The notes beneath the pieces were generated by a model. That model saw only the letters and a program-made list of their open reading frames with translations. It ran no database searches and was not told the origin of the DNA. Of a stretch of DNA of 64,000 bases, positions 1-12,323 are shown one piece after another. The stretch is taken from assembly GCA_964016885.1 (NCBI GenBank), contig OZ024750.1, positions 48,422,001 to 48,486,000 on the forward strand, in the 5' to 3' direction. Every line of letters starts with the position of its first letter. The stretch's first letter is position 1. Source of the stretch: Eledone cirrhosa. Taxonomy: Eukaryota. Position numbers and translations under genes: made by a program.

Positions 1-762
1 CAAATTCTCAAATCAATAAATTTATTTTAGACTTTTATGACCTTTCCACCCACAATGTTGTTCTCAATGACAAAATAAATATAAATCTTGCATCGACTAA
101 TGTTTAATGGAATTAAATCTGTATTTTCGCCCATCACAAGTGGAACTAATTATTATTGAAAATTAAATACATTCTATTAGTCTAAATTAATCAGTGGTTA
201 CATCAAAAACGTTATAATGTCCCTAGATATGCCTTCGATTATTCATTCATTTTATCATCATTTTAAGTTAATTTGGAATTAGTGTAAACAATTTCAGCTT
301 AAGATATTACTGTTACGAGTAAATAATTCCAGGAATATAACTAATACAACAGGTATAACCAACATCAATAACTTAAACTCGCTTTTATGTATATAAAGCA
401 CAGCTGACGAATAGTATTGTAATTCGGTGAAAATGTACACATTTAATAACTATATATTAAATACGTAATTAGTGATAGAGGTTGCTGAAATTGCTTGAAA
501 CAGCAGCCCAAATACACATATATTATTCTGCTCTTATTAAACGTAAAAAACAATCCATTATAGAATATGTTCACAGATACATGTGGATGGAAGGAATGAT
601 ATTATAAGTTTGAATAATCAAGGTCGTTTCAGCACTATTTTCTTGCAAATAACAAAGTAAGGAAGTGTTATTGAATGTTTTAGTAAAGTAAGTATGTAGT
701 GAATCAGTCAATAAAATATACAGATATATGGCGAAAGCATTATTATGTCCATTTCATGGATG

Positions 763-953
763 GGCGGTGAATTGGCAGTACCGGTAGAGGGTCGAGTGGC
801 ATGCTTTGAGGCATAGAGTTATGGCCCTTTCCATTCTGATTCAAAACCTGCCGACGTTAACATTGTCTTTCATCACTATGGGGTCGCTAAAATAAAGTAC
901 CATTAATGCGCTCGGAAATTGCTGTTATTGTGCCAAAAGTAGAAACAATTATT
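763..953 (+). mobile_element. SINE copy of the dominant ~190 bp family in this window
   Basis: GGCGGTGAATTGGCAGTA head, TTCAAA B-box-like motif, CTTTCATC..GGGGTCG..AAAATAAAGTACC core and AAAAGTAGAAACAATTATT tail shared with about 10 other copies. Confidence 0.85.
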
Positions 954-1173
954 ATACCCATTGCTATCCTTTCCCACAATTTGACCTTATGTTACATCCA
1001 TTTTACACATTCTCCCGATGCTGCTAGACAGCTTGCTGGCAACATCCTACTATGTCATCTTCATAAAAGACTAACATTGAATAAATTTATTATTTTTCTC
1101 TCTATTTATTTCCTTGTAAAATTGATAGTACGTTAAATCGTTAACATTGTATTGTATATTCAATAGAAATCAC

Positions 1174-1348
1174 CCAGTATTGTACATCTACCGTATACAT
1201 GTTCCTTTGAATTTGGTCGAAAAGACTAATTCCATAGTATTTTGCCATTGTAGCTTCTTCCTTTGTTGTCTCGGTATCGCTGGTCACACAGGTCAGACAA
1301 ATACTGTCTGTCTGACACACAAACATCTGCTTTATCACAAGGAATCGG
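1174..1348 (-). CDS. Possible isolated host exon (unknown protein)
   Basis: Non-repetitive open frame RFLVIKQMFVCQTDSICLTCVTSDTETTKEEATMAKYYGISLFDQIQRNMYTVDVQYW, bounded on the minus strand by ttttctAG and GTgatt; no recognised domain. Confidence 0.25.
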
Positions 1349-1407
1349 CTAGAAAATTTAGTATGTACTGGTATACATTCATTGTGTGTCACGTGTGCTT
1401 AGATTTA

Positions 1408-1456
<49 letters not shown>

Positions 1457-1459
1457 CAA

Positions 1460-1828
1460 TATGTTGAGAAGGTAACACACCAGTGAGAACTGTATAGTGC
1501 GTTATCAATAATAGAGGGAAATAAACAACTTGTTGGTGAAACATATCTTTGGATGTGTACGTGTGATATATATAGTTATAGAGGTATTTATTCAGGCTTT
1601 AATTTATATTTTTAATGATCGTGTCTATAGTCTGCCTTGCATAGGTTATAGATTCTATACACTGGTGGGTTTTTTTCCCTGTATTATTGATAACGCAATA
1701 TATCTCTCTCTGGTGTGTTACCTTCTCAACATATTGTATTTTATAGAGCTCAGGATCTCTTCTCCTTTGAGCACATTATTTACAGGGAATAGCGAGGGCC
1801 TATGCCTCCGTTAATTTATCGTTATGTA
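1460..1828 (+). mobile_element. Non-autonomous PLE-like element, 5'-truncated copy with inverted arm (family A)
   Basis: 1460-1522 is an inverted copy of ~1672-1732; the body repeats at 2480-2770 and 3022-3318; it begins inside stem II of the family HHR; flanked by (TA)n. Confidence 0.7.
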
Positions 1829-1844
1829 TATATATATATATATA

Positions 1845-2115
1845 GCTAATTTTTGTTGGACCGCCAATCGCTATAAATAATCAGCTCCTGGTAATCACTG
1901 GAATTCTATAAGGATCCGGTTACTATTATCTCCATCGAAAGCAGGAGAGTACGTGGCTCTGATTTACAGCAGCCAGTGTGAAACAGCCTGTCAGCTTCTC
2001 TCCCTTATTTCGCCGAAAAGAAGTAAGTGACATATCACTACTTTAAAACTGATAGCGTATGGTCTTCTAAATGTTTTTTTAATTAAACATACGGTATATT
2101 GTCAAATATATATAC
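1845..2115 (+). repeat. Short interspersed repeat with degenerate HHR (family B); second copy at 3334-3612
   Basis: Near-identical to 3334-3612; contains GGCT-CTGATTT-ACA..TGT-GAAAC-AGCCT-GTC-AGCT; 3' end resembles 26030-26110 and 54635-54682. Confidence 0.7.
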
Positions 2116-2152
2116 TTTATATGCATTCATATCTATATCTATCTCTCTCTCC

Positions 2153-2204
<52 letters not shown>

Positions 2205-2259
2205 TATATGTTGAGAAGGTAACACACCAGAGAGAGATATATAGTGCGTTATCAATAAT

Positions 2260-2444
2260 TGTTTCTACTTTAGGCACAAGGCCAGCAATTATCCAGTGCA
2301 TTACTGGTACTTTATTTTATCGACCCCGTAAGGATGAAAGGCAAAGTCAACCTCGGCGGGATTTGAACTCAGATCGTAAAGGGACTTAACTATGCTGGGA
2401 AGCATGGCGTCCGACCCTCTACCGATACTGCCAATCCACCGACC
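2260..2444 (-). mobile_element. SINE inserted in family A arm, with target-site duplication
   Basis: Full-length reverse-strand SINE flanked by TATAGTGCGTTATCAATAAT at 2240-2259 and 2445-2464. Confidence 0.9.
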
Positions 2445-2982
2445 TATAGTGCGTTATCAATAATACAGGGGAAAAAACAAATTTTTGGTGAAATATATCT
2501 TTGGATTTGTACGTGTGTTATAGTTATAGAGGTATTTATTTACGCTTTAATTTATATTTTTAATTATCTTGTCTATAGTCTGCCTTTCATAGGTTATAGA
2601 TTCAATACACTGGTGGGTTTTTTCCCTGTATTATTGATAACGCACTATATATCTCTCTCGTGTGTGTTACCTTCTCAACATATTGTATTTTAAAGAGCTC
2701 AGGATCTCTTCTCCTTTGAGCACATTATTTACAGGGAATAGCAAGGGCCTATGCCTCCGTTAATTTATCGTGATATTTCGCTCCTAATAACAGTCTTTCC
2801 TATCTCTCTGTTTGGTTGAGCACACTTCTCTGAGTGGCTTTGGGCTGCCCTTTCTAGCAGTTCGTCCCTCAGAGAGGCCACTGGTTCACTGCCCTTAAAA
2901 ACGCTGTGACTTCTGTCTCCCACGTGTAGCTGGACAGTCAATTTTAAAATTTTCTTAGTGTTGTCTGAAATGTATGGCCTTA

Positions 2983-3060
2983 CACACGCTGATGAACCGA
3001 GACTAGACCATTTCTTTCAACAAATTTTTGGTGAAATATATCTTTGGATTTGTACGCGTG
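2983..3060 (+). ncRNA. Type I hammerhead ribozyme motif, canonical core
   Basis: CACACG-CUGAUGA-ACCGAGA..UUUUGGU-GAAA-UAUAUC(UUUG)GAUUU-GUA-CGCGUG; sister copies have the fully paired ACAUAUC/GAUGUGU stem III (1541-1559) and the CGUGUG stem I strand. Confidence 0.75.
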
Positions 3061-3634
3061 TTATATAGTTATAGAGGTATTTATTTACGTTTTAAGTTAT
3101 ATTTTTAATTATCGTGTCTATAGTCTGGCTTTCATAGGTTATAGATTTCGTACACTGGTGGGTTTTTTCCCTGTATTATTGATAACGAATATGTCTCTCT
3201 CTGGTGTGTTACCTTCTCAACATATTGTAATATAAAGAGCTCAGGATCTCTTCTCCTTTGAGCACATTATTTACAGGGAATAGCGAGGGCCTATGCCTCC
3301 GTTAATTTATCGTTATGTATATATATATATATAGCTAATTTTTATTGGACCGCCAATCGCTATGTATAATGAGCTCCTGATAATCACTGGAATTCTATAA
3401 GGATCCAGCTACTATAAACTTCATCGAAAGCAGGAGAGTATGTGGCTCTAATATACAGCAGCCAGTGTGAAACAGCCTGTCAGCTTCTCTCCCTTATTTC
3501 ACCGAAAAGAAGTAAGTAACATAGTCACTACTTTAAAACTGATAGCGTATGGTCTTCTAAATGTTTTTAATTAAACATACGGTATATTGCCAAATATACT
3601 ATACTTTATATACATTTACATATATATCTATATA

Positions 3635-4416
3635 TATATGAAATATAAGAATCAAAGAACTGTTCAAAACAGTATTGTGCTTACAGCTGTTTCCTCCAAA
3701 CCGAGGTTTGGATTCTTCGGAGCAATTTATTAATGCATCGACAGTTATATGACCTCGTTTTCAGCCGAGAGACATACCGATACATATTCAAACATTGATC
3801 GAATTGTCGTGGATTATGTGAGGGGCATATAATCGAAAAATACACTCCCCTGACCATGAAAATGTCGAAGTACATGAAATACTTGACATCCCTTCGCTGT
3901 GCATCTCCAATACTTTTAATGCTTGCACTATTTTTAATGCTTATAACATTTCTCCACACACAGACTATATCAATCATATAAAGAATTTGCCACCAGATCT
4001 ACCAACCTAACACGCTTGTTTACCTACCTAAGTGCCTCTACCACACATATCTCTCTGCCACACTATATAAACAAGACGCACATGCGTGCCACACATATAA
4101 TATTTGCACTATATAACCGCTTATCTTCATGTTGTATTTTAACCTGTATTTTTGATTTTTGATTGTACCTCTTAATATAAATGTAATCTCGAAGTGTGTA
4201 CTGCCACTCTAAATTCTGTAATGAATGTTGACCCACAATGTTTGAATATGTATCAATGTTTGAATATGTATCGGTATGTCTCTCGGCTGAAAACGAGGTC
4301 ATATAACTGTCCATGCATTAATAAATTGCTCCGAAGAACCCAAACCTCGGTTTGGAGGAAACAGCTGTAAGCACAATAATGTTTTGAACAGTTCTTTGAT
4401 TCTTATATTTCATATA
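3635..4416. mobile_element. Fold-back element with ~165 bp inverted arms, each carrying an HHR motif
   Basis: 3635-3799 is the reverse complement of ~4251-4416; non-coding spacer; adjacent to (TA)n. Confidence 0.8.
4327..4373 (+). ncRNA. Minimal type I HHR motif, CCGAAGA core variant (mirror copy 3678-3724 on minus)
   Basis: UGCU-CCGAAGA-(ac)CCAAACC uc GGUUUGG(ag)-GAAAC-AGCU-GUA-AGCA; palindromic stem III ACAGCUGU. Confidence 0.7.
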
Positions 4417-4577
4417 ACTGCTCTGTAAATCATCTGATGTTTTTACATTGAGCTACTTAACTTACTGGTAATAAGGTAGTAATACTATACTGCCTACCAC
4501 TATTTAGGGTGTGTGTAAAATACTTATAACTGCATAAGGTCTTGTATTTTCATAACCATAAATAGTATAACTAATAC

Positions 4578-4625
<48 letters not shown>

Positions 4626-4647
4626 TATATACATATATATATACATA

Positions 4648-4679
<32 letters not shown>

Positions 4680-4696
4680 AACATATATATATATAC

Positions 4697-4765
<69 letters not shown>

Positions 4766-4828
4766 TACATTTACATATATATATATACATATATATACAT
4801 ATTTACATATATATATACATATATATAC

Positions 4829-4911
<83 letters not shown>
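4578..4911. repeat. Compound (TA)n/(TACA) microsatellite
   Basis: Direct reading; one of several dozen such tracts (others include 5400-5650, 26115-26356, 29961-30340, 44660-44936, 57510-57965). Confidence 0.98.
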
Positions 4912-4915
<4 letters not shown>

Positions 4916-5400
4916 GAGAGTAAAACAAAGAAGCCTTTAATACATCAAACGTTTTTATTAGCCGACAATGTTTCGTCCTATTAAAGACTCATCAGGGCAA
5001 TTAAAACAACAAGAAGTAATATCGGCAGATACAATCCGGAAGCTCCGAAGAATATGGAGTGTACATACACTAAAGTCTTGCAAAAATATATAATAAAAAT
5101 AATAAAAATATATAATAAGAATAACTAAGGATGTATATAACATTAAGAACCACATTACAAATATAGTCCAAAGCAAATAACCTAGAGCTAAACGAAGGTG
5201 GTTATATAGAGGTTTAATTGCCCTGATGAGTCCTTAATAGGACGAAACATTGTCGGCTAATAAACACTTTTGATGTATTAAAGGCTTCTTTGTTTTACTC
5301 TCTTAATTTTTCGGCTCTGCATTGAGCTATACCTTCTACTGTCATTTCTATAATACGAAGAGGGTGTTTAACTCCAACACGCTCCAGAATTTTAATCCTT
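4911..5400 (+). mobile_element. Fold-back PLE-like element with ~95 bp inverted arms in (TA)n
   Basis: 4911-5005 is the reverse complement of 5213-5307; HHR in both arms; (TA)n on both sides. Confidence 0.8.
5217..5261 (+). ncRNA. Minimal type I HHR motif, canonical core (mirror copy 4957-5001 on minus)
   Basis: AUUGCC-CUGAUGA-GUCCU(UAAU)AGGAC-GAAAC-AUU-GUC-GGC(U)AAU, followed by AAUAAA. Confidence 0.85.
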
Positions 5401-5436
5401 ATATATATATATACATATTTACATATATATATATAC

Positions 5437-5491
<55 letters not shown>

Positions 5492-5558
5492 TACATATAT
5501 ACATATATATATATACATATATATATATACATACATATATATATATATATATACATAT

Positions 5559-5650
<92 letters not shown>

Positions 5651-5653
<3 letters not shown>

Positions 5654-5840
5654 CTCCATCTCAACTCTACTTTTGAAAAGCAGAAGAACTGGGAAACCGG
5701 TAAAGGAATCCAAATAAATATATATATATATTTTTAAAAATAAGACTCCAGTTGCATTTTAGATTTCTTCTTTTTTTATTTATACTTTCACTCGTGTAGT
5801 ACACCTCGGTTATTTTTCATTTTGTAAAAAAAAAACCTCT
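5651..5840 (+). mobile_element. Solo 3' terminal (pLTR) fragment of the PLE family at 34240-36440 and 58425-61410
   Basis: ACCCTCCATCTCA..TTTTGAAAAGCAGAAGAACTGGGAAACCGGTAAAGGAA matches 36264-36440 and 61290-61408. Confidence 0.8.
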
Positions 5841-6071
5841 CTTTCTAATATATATATATATATATAGGGACTATTAAATCTCTCCCAAGGTAACTCTCTC
5901 TTGTGTTGTTATTTTTATTTCATCCTTTATACTCTTCCCTTCATTCTACACATCTCACACATAGTATACACACCACGCATCTCAACGTACACCCACTTAC
6001 ATCTCTCTCCACCACCGGACCTTGTTACTCGGAGATTTACCCATTTACATTGTCGAGGCTTCCAAACGACT

Positions 6072-6148
<77 letters not shown>

Positions 6149-6290
6149 TTGTTGCAATTTTCCTCAAGCTTTGTAGATTATGGAAATTGCTAAAATAGAC
6201 TTGGAATTTTAAATATAAGACACCAAGTTCTGCTGAATGAAAGGCGAGGTAAGCTTGATCGGCGATGAGAAAGAAAGAAGAATCACAGAT

Positions 6291-6474
6291 AATTGTTTCT
6301 ACTTTTGGCACAAGGCAAGCAATTGCCGAGTGTATTACTGGTACTTTATTTTATCGACCACGTAAGAATGAAAGGCAAAATTAACCACGGCGGGATTTGA
6401 ACTCGGAATGGCAAGGGCCGTAACTCTACGCGTCAAAGCATGGCGTCCGACCCTCTACCGATACTGTCAATCCA
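6291..6474 (-). mobile_element. SINE copy
   Basis: Reverse-strand match to the SINE family over its full length. Confidence 0.85.
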
Positions 6475-6599
6475 ATGTTACCTAGGATATATTTATCAGT
6501 CCATTCTATTTAAGTTTTCCCAGCATTATTAAGGGATCTGATAACATAGAGCCTGTCGTTAAAGACCTTTCTCTCCATCTGATTCTACGCTTGAAATAT

Positions 6600-7560
6600 A
6601 GCTTGCAGTAGCAAATTCGAATAATATACTTATGTTTGCCGAGCAGGCTCCCACAATATCTGAAACCATAACAAATCCTCCGAAACCAGAATCTAAACAA
6701 TGGTCTCAGAAGTGTATGCGCCTCATTTAAACCCATGCAATTCGGTATAATACACATACATGTCACTCTTAGACATACAGTAAAACGTCATGTTTCCATG
6801 GCATCACCAACGGTCACATTCTTGTCTCTACATCAGGTATTTATACCTGTATAATAAATAGTCTATATAATTTCTCTACCAATACATGATATATTATGCA
6901 TCGACATTTCTTACTGCCATAAACAACGATATATTTCTGCAATCGAGGCTAGACAAAGTATAGTAAACCCATCTTTGCAAAAAACGAACTAATTCACAAG
7001 CATGTGGTTTTATAAAGATTAATATATACCTAGTGTCTATCGGAACTACAATTCACATAAGTAACTACTCTTTTATTCAATTTCTGTGAGTATACCACCA
7101 TTTTTATGGTACGAAGTAGTAGGCAGAACATTGTCACTAAGCTGGTTACTAAAACAGCATTTTATCGAAGTATTAATATTATTCAAATCTTCCCCATCTC
7201 CACCTAAACCATTTCAGCAAAGCATTTATCATTTCAAACAACTTTGTGAACATATGCTACCCCTGGAGACTAAACATAGTTAAACTGCCATAGATATCAG
7301 CCAAATACCCGTTCAAAATCACACATGACGTGTTGAATATTTGACGATGGAATAGTTATCAGCTGTAAGCTGCCTGTGCGTGTCTTCATGATCAAAGCAA
7401 CATCAACAGCAAACACAACACAAACACAACAACAAAACAACAGCCAAATGAGGATGCCATTCACATAGGCGATCAGGATTATTACTAAAATATTTCCAGC
7501 AAAATTATGATATATTATAAAATCATTTCATAAAGAGACATAACCCACCCACCTGCAATA
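6600..7560 (-). pseudogene. Possible highly decayed MULE-type transposase relic
   Basis: Minus-strand peptides IILIAYVNGILIWLLF and IQHVMCDFERVF followed by SLQG* resemble the MULE DDE region (vmxDFE...GCxFH); many stops. Confidence 0.3.
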
Positions 7561-10500
7561 CATTTGAACAATATAACATCTCAAAACTGAGCTTTTACTG
7601 TATTTTGTTCTGGCTCTACGTAATCTAGAATACATATTTATTTTCGGTTTCCATGATTTCTAATGTTATTTAGAATTCCAGATTTCAGAAATTTAAACAA
7701 TACGTTTGGAATTATGTCGATGCTAATGCTATCTCGTCATGTTTCTGATCTTATAAATAACGGCCCTGTTTAATAAATCATTCTTCGTATACATTTTCTT
7801 TATTACCATATTTTTTTTGTTAATACGAAGAATATGATTACGCATCGATCATGACGCTATCGATTTCATCATATTCTCTTCTTTGATTGGCATCTAAAAA
7901 CAGGAATTACTGACGTATTTTATTATATTCCCATTTTGTAAAACCATTTTCTTCATTCAGTCAATACTGTTTGTTTAAATGGCATGGCTGATTAGGATTT
8001 CCTATCGCTGAATAATAGTTTTTGTTCGCTCTTCATTCATATTGATATATTGAAGTGACAGTCCGAGAATATGTATATATATATAGATATACATGCACGC
8101 ACGTGTATTCATAAACATACACAGAAAAATAATACTTAGGCAAATGCATTGGCACATGCCTACGCAGAGAGACTGGCGCACATAGGCACGCATATCATAT
8201 TGTACACTATTGCTTTCGACTAAGCCAATATTCCTTTATCGAATTACGTTATTGTTCATATTATATCTGTATTATGTTATCATATTTATAAAGGAGCAGA
8301 TTAAATCAATAGAAAATGCTTCATTATTTAATTTTCAATTTTATATTAATAGTAATGTTATGTGCTAGTTTAAAATAAAGCATATTGGCATCAACTTTCA
8401 CGTTTAATTAATTCAACTCCAGTTATAGATTGCATTAGGCGACGAAGGTAAAGATAATGAGATAAACTTTAACAATACTGTAACCAGAGATACGTCCCCT
8501 TCATAATGACATTTTAAATTCCATTAAGATCATCGTCACATTCCCTCCTACTATATATATTAAAGCGGTATATAAAGAGGAGTTTACAGACACATGGTAG
8601 TAAATAGGTGTACTACCTGGATAATGTGCGCTCAGTTCAAAATAGCAAGTACTCTAATAAAGATATTATTCTCAATCTTCTATAACATTAACCATGTCGC
8701 AATGTTCAGTCTTATCCTCGCTTTACGAGTATCTAGATGGAATGCTGCTATAATGAAGCGGTACTTGTGAATTTTTTAAAAGGTAAAATCGGTCGATATT
8801 GGCGCGGTAGCATGGTGTATGTAGTTTCTGCTAGTCACCCCGTGTAATATGATACCCCAATATTCCATGCACGGGAATCACCGAAGCATGCGCAGACTTA
8901 ACCGGGAGTTGACATGCGAATTTGAAAATGCCACAAGAGAGATCCTTTAGATAGCATAGACGCCGGACCATACCCGCAAATATCTGCATATACACCGTGA
9001 TCTATCTTGAATATGCATAACTGACTGGATATAGAAACAACATGGATAATACGACCACCATCTAAGCTAGAACCGACCCTTACTACATATAACAACAAAC
9101 ACAGAGGGGACAGTCCTTAGCATTTAACCAGTCGCGTGTGAACTTGGAATTGGTGAAAGGAGGGGATAATAGGGAGAGACACAATATACCACCCCAGCCA
9201 AAACTGGACTTGTTTACCAATATATCCTATACACCAATATATCATATACAGCAAAACCTTGTATTTTGAACCGGCAGGCTGATCTATCGCAAACGCGTGC
9301 GATCCCACGCATGGCTTAATAACTGGCACGACCGAAACTACATGGAAAAGATCGAATGGGGCACACCCTGCGACTACTCGCTGTTTGATCAGCAGGTCCA
9401 TCTCCCACTGAGTGCACACAGCTAATAGTGAATCCCAGTTGATTCGTGAACTCGGAACTTTTTAACAAGACCAACTGTGCGCGGAGCTATGCAGATGATT
9501 GTATGCGCACAATGGATATCGCACCTACAAGGTCACCTATATTGTTCATCTTGCTGTATATGTGTGAAATATCCCTGAGTAAATTTGCTTGACTGTTAAT
9601 TGTTTCTTAATTGTTTGTTAATTAGGCAGGAATATATTATTATATCTTTATTAATACTATATTAATATTTTTTTTTGATAATACATTATTAGATTACTTA
9701 AGCTATTTAATACCTTCTTAAAAATACATTTTATAATTATTGTCTTTTTACTTATATATTTTCTTACTTATCATTTTCTTTAATCTTCGAGCCCAACTTG
9801 ATAAGCTCTTTGAATTGTTCCTTAATTAGATTACTTGAATTACTTTATTTATTATACCTAAGTTGTTGTATCTGTTGAAGCAACCCTTTGGAAATTCCTC
9901 GGATCTCACAAATTCCGTAATTTTTAATTACTCAATTCATTTATATATATTTCTGAAGGTTCTCTAAATTTTTAATTATTTGAAGGGTCTTTCGGAAGAG
10001 GTTTTTATAAAAAATATTAAAAAGGCCTTTTCTGAAGGATTTTTTGAAGGCTTTTTGAATTAACCTTTAATTGATTAATTTCTTTCAACTATTTATTTCT
10101 TAATTTTCAAATTTAATGTTCAACCTCTTAATCTTTAATTTTTAATCTTGGATATATAAGATTTCTTAATCTTGAATTCATTAAATTTTTAAATTTCTGG
10201 GTTTGGAACTCTTAAACTTCAAATCCTAACTTAAATCTTAATCTTTATATTATGGATTCCCTAAATCATTAACTTTATTAACCTCTTAAATCTTTTTGAA
10301 AGTATTTTTTTCCCCTAATTTTTAATTTTTAAGTTTAGAACTTTCGTAGGCATTATTAAATCTTCGTAAATTTTCTTAAGGGAATTTAAAAAAAAAAATT
10401 TGTTGTTGAAGGAATTTTTTAGGAAACTTTTTATTTTTTTAGTCTCCTAATCTCTTCTGGTGTTGTAGGTTTATTAGGGCTTATAAGCTTTATGCGCTTA

Positions 10501-10791
10501 TTAAGGTGTTTTTTAAGGTGCTTTTAAGAGATCCCAAGTTTTTTACTTTTAATGCGTAACTTATAAATTCTTTAATTTTTAACCTTCAATCCCTAACTTT
10601 TAGGCCCTTTTCAAATTCTCTTAATTCCCTCTAATCCATCCTTTTTACAACTCTTACAACTATTATAAAAGAACCCCCATATAATATAGACCCCAGATAA
10701 ACAAGCTGAGCTGTTGATGTATAACACGATTTCAAACTGCTAATCTTGAGTGAAATGTTGATGAAAATAATGAATTTACAATTACCTGTAT

Positions 10792-10840
10792 ATGCCCTGA
10801 AAATTCCCACCATATGGTCGGACGAAACGGCTGTCGGCAA
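10792..10840 (+). ncRNA. Type I HHR motif with damaged core (CUGAAAA)
   Basis: AUGCC-CUGAAAA-UUCCCACC(AUAU)GGUCGGAC-GAAAC-GGCU-GUC-GGCA, then AAUAAA; (TA)n follows at 10887. Confidence 0.65.
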
Positions 10841-10886
10841 TAAACTTGTTGTAATGTCATAAAAGTTCCTTTGTTCTTTTTCCTTA

Positions 10887-10917
<31 letters not shown>

Positions 10918-10945
10918 TAAAATGTGGAGGCAGCACAGAGTTTGA

Positions 10946-10986
<41 letters not shown>

Positions 10987-11905
10987 AAAATAGGGAGAAA
11001 AGGACGATCTTTAGGAAGAAAAATATATTTTTTTCCTTTTATTCTTTTCTCATGTTTATGGGTTAGAACATTTTTAAAACAAAATATTTTACTTTGTGTG
11101 AAGTCTTAAGGTATTAGTTAAGTTATTTATTAATTAACAATGGAATTTATTTATTTATTTATATATTTAATAATTGTATATTACCGGTTTCAGCATTGTA
11201 TGCATTATCAAAACGGCATTTTGTATTCGTGTAAAATGTTGATGTTGAACATGTTAAGGAAATGGGTTAGAAAGAATATTACTATTTACAAACAAGGTTT
11301 TTCAAGTGAAAAGTAAAAAAAGGGGCTGATGTAAAACATGATAATGTAATGGGAAAGAAAAACTAATATCATTTACAGGCATAGTTCTTGAGGATAAATA
11401 GTTCAAAAAGTCTTATTATGGCAAGAGTGCTTAGTTGATATATAATAAGAAGTTGAGAGACCTGATGTATTTAACAATGCTAGGACAGGTTGCAGTTCAG
11501 CGAACTCAATAGATAATGTAAAATTAATTCCAGAGTATACTCATAGTTATACGATTCAACACAACACACGTAAACGGGTGCCTTTATTAGTTACCGGACT
11601 CGAGTTCCGGCAACACTTAATGCAGCAATAGGGTCCACTTCACCCTCTGTTAGCATATATTCTGCAACGATGCACAATCGGCGCATGTGGGTTCATCAGC
11701 GGGTATTGCCTAATCTATAACCAATCGATCGACAAAGTTCAACCCCAGTCTATGCCTGCTATGGCTGTATGTGACGGTCGTAACAGTAAAGTGATTAGCA
11801 ACTGGAATCTAATACAACTCCGTCCTCCGATAAGCCACCGATTTACAAATTTAGATGGTGGCAGGAAATTAGAGAATAAATATTTTCGCCAAAAGTTCTC
11901 AGCCA

Positions 11906-11941
<36 letters not shown>

Positions 11942-12102
11942 GGGATAAGAAGTTATCATTATAGGTAATCCAATTAAAGTTTATGAGTACGCCACGACGT
12001 GAATAGTTTTAACGTACGGTTTTGTTTCTCTCAAACAGATGTTTCCATAGTTAGGAAACGAGTTCAGGTAATTTCTATGCATGATATACTTCGAGTACTA
12101 AT

Positions 12103-12302
12103 AGTTAAAGAAAGAAGTGTAACATGGTTGGCTGTACAATAAGGGCTTTATTTAAAGATATATATGTACTCTGATGTGATGACCAATGGTAGACAATTTA
12201 TTGGAGTTCGATTGACGCAACCTCAAGCGATTAGCGAACTCTGTACACACCTGATCAACGAAACAATTCTTAGTACTTAAAATAAAGCCATTTCTTTAAC
12301 TA
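12103..12302 (+). mobile_element. Short fold-back element of the 55121-55605 family with decayed HHR
   Basis: TAGTTAAAGAAA...TTTCTTTAACTA termini; GUACU-CUGAUGU..UCAAC-GAAAC-AAUU-CUU-AGUAC at 12167-12276. Confidence 0.7.
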
Positions 12303-12323
12303 TATATATATATATATATATAC

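Larger units (their letters stand above)
2208..3318 (+). mobile_element. Non-autonomous PLE-like/retrozyme-like element: inverted arm plus 543 nt direct-repeat monomer (family A)
   Basis: Direct repeats 2480-2770 and 3022-3312 (GGTGAAATATATC at 2487 and 3030); inverted arm at the left end is interrupted by a SINE; full HHR at 2983-3060. Confidence 0.75.

Noticed and set aside
4504-4923. YIYIYI-, CVCV- and LSLS-type ORFs here and throughout the ORF track
   Set aside because: Translations of (TA)n, (TG)n and (TC)n microsatellites, which lack stop codons
8800-9560. GC-richer segment, possibly an old LINE or exon
   Set aside because: No recognisable protein motif or repeat partner in the window
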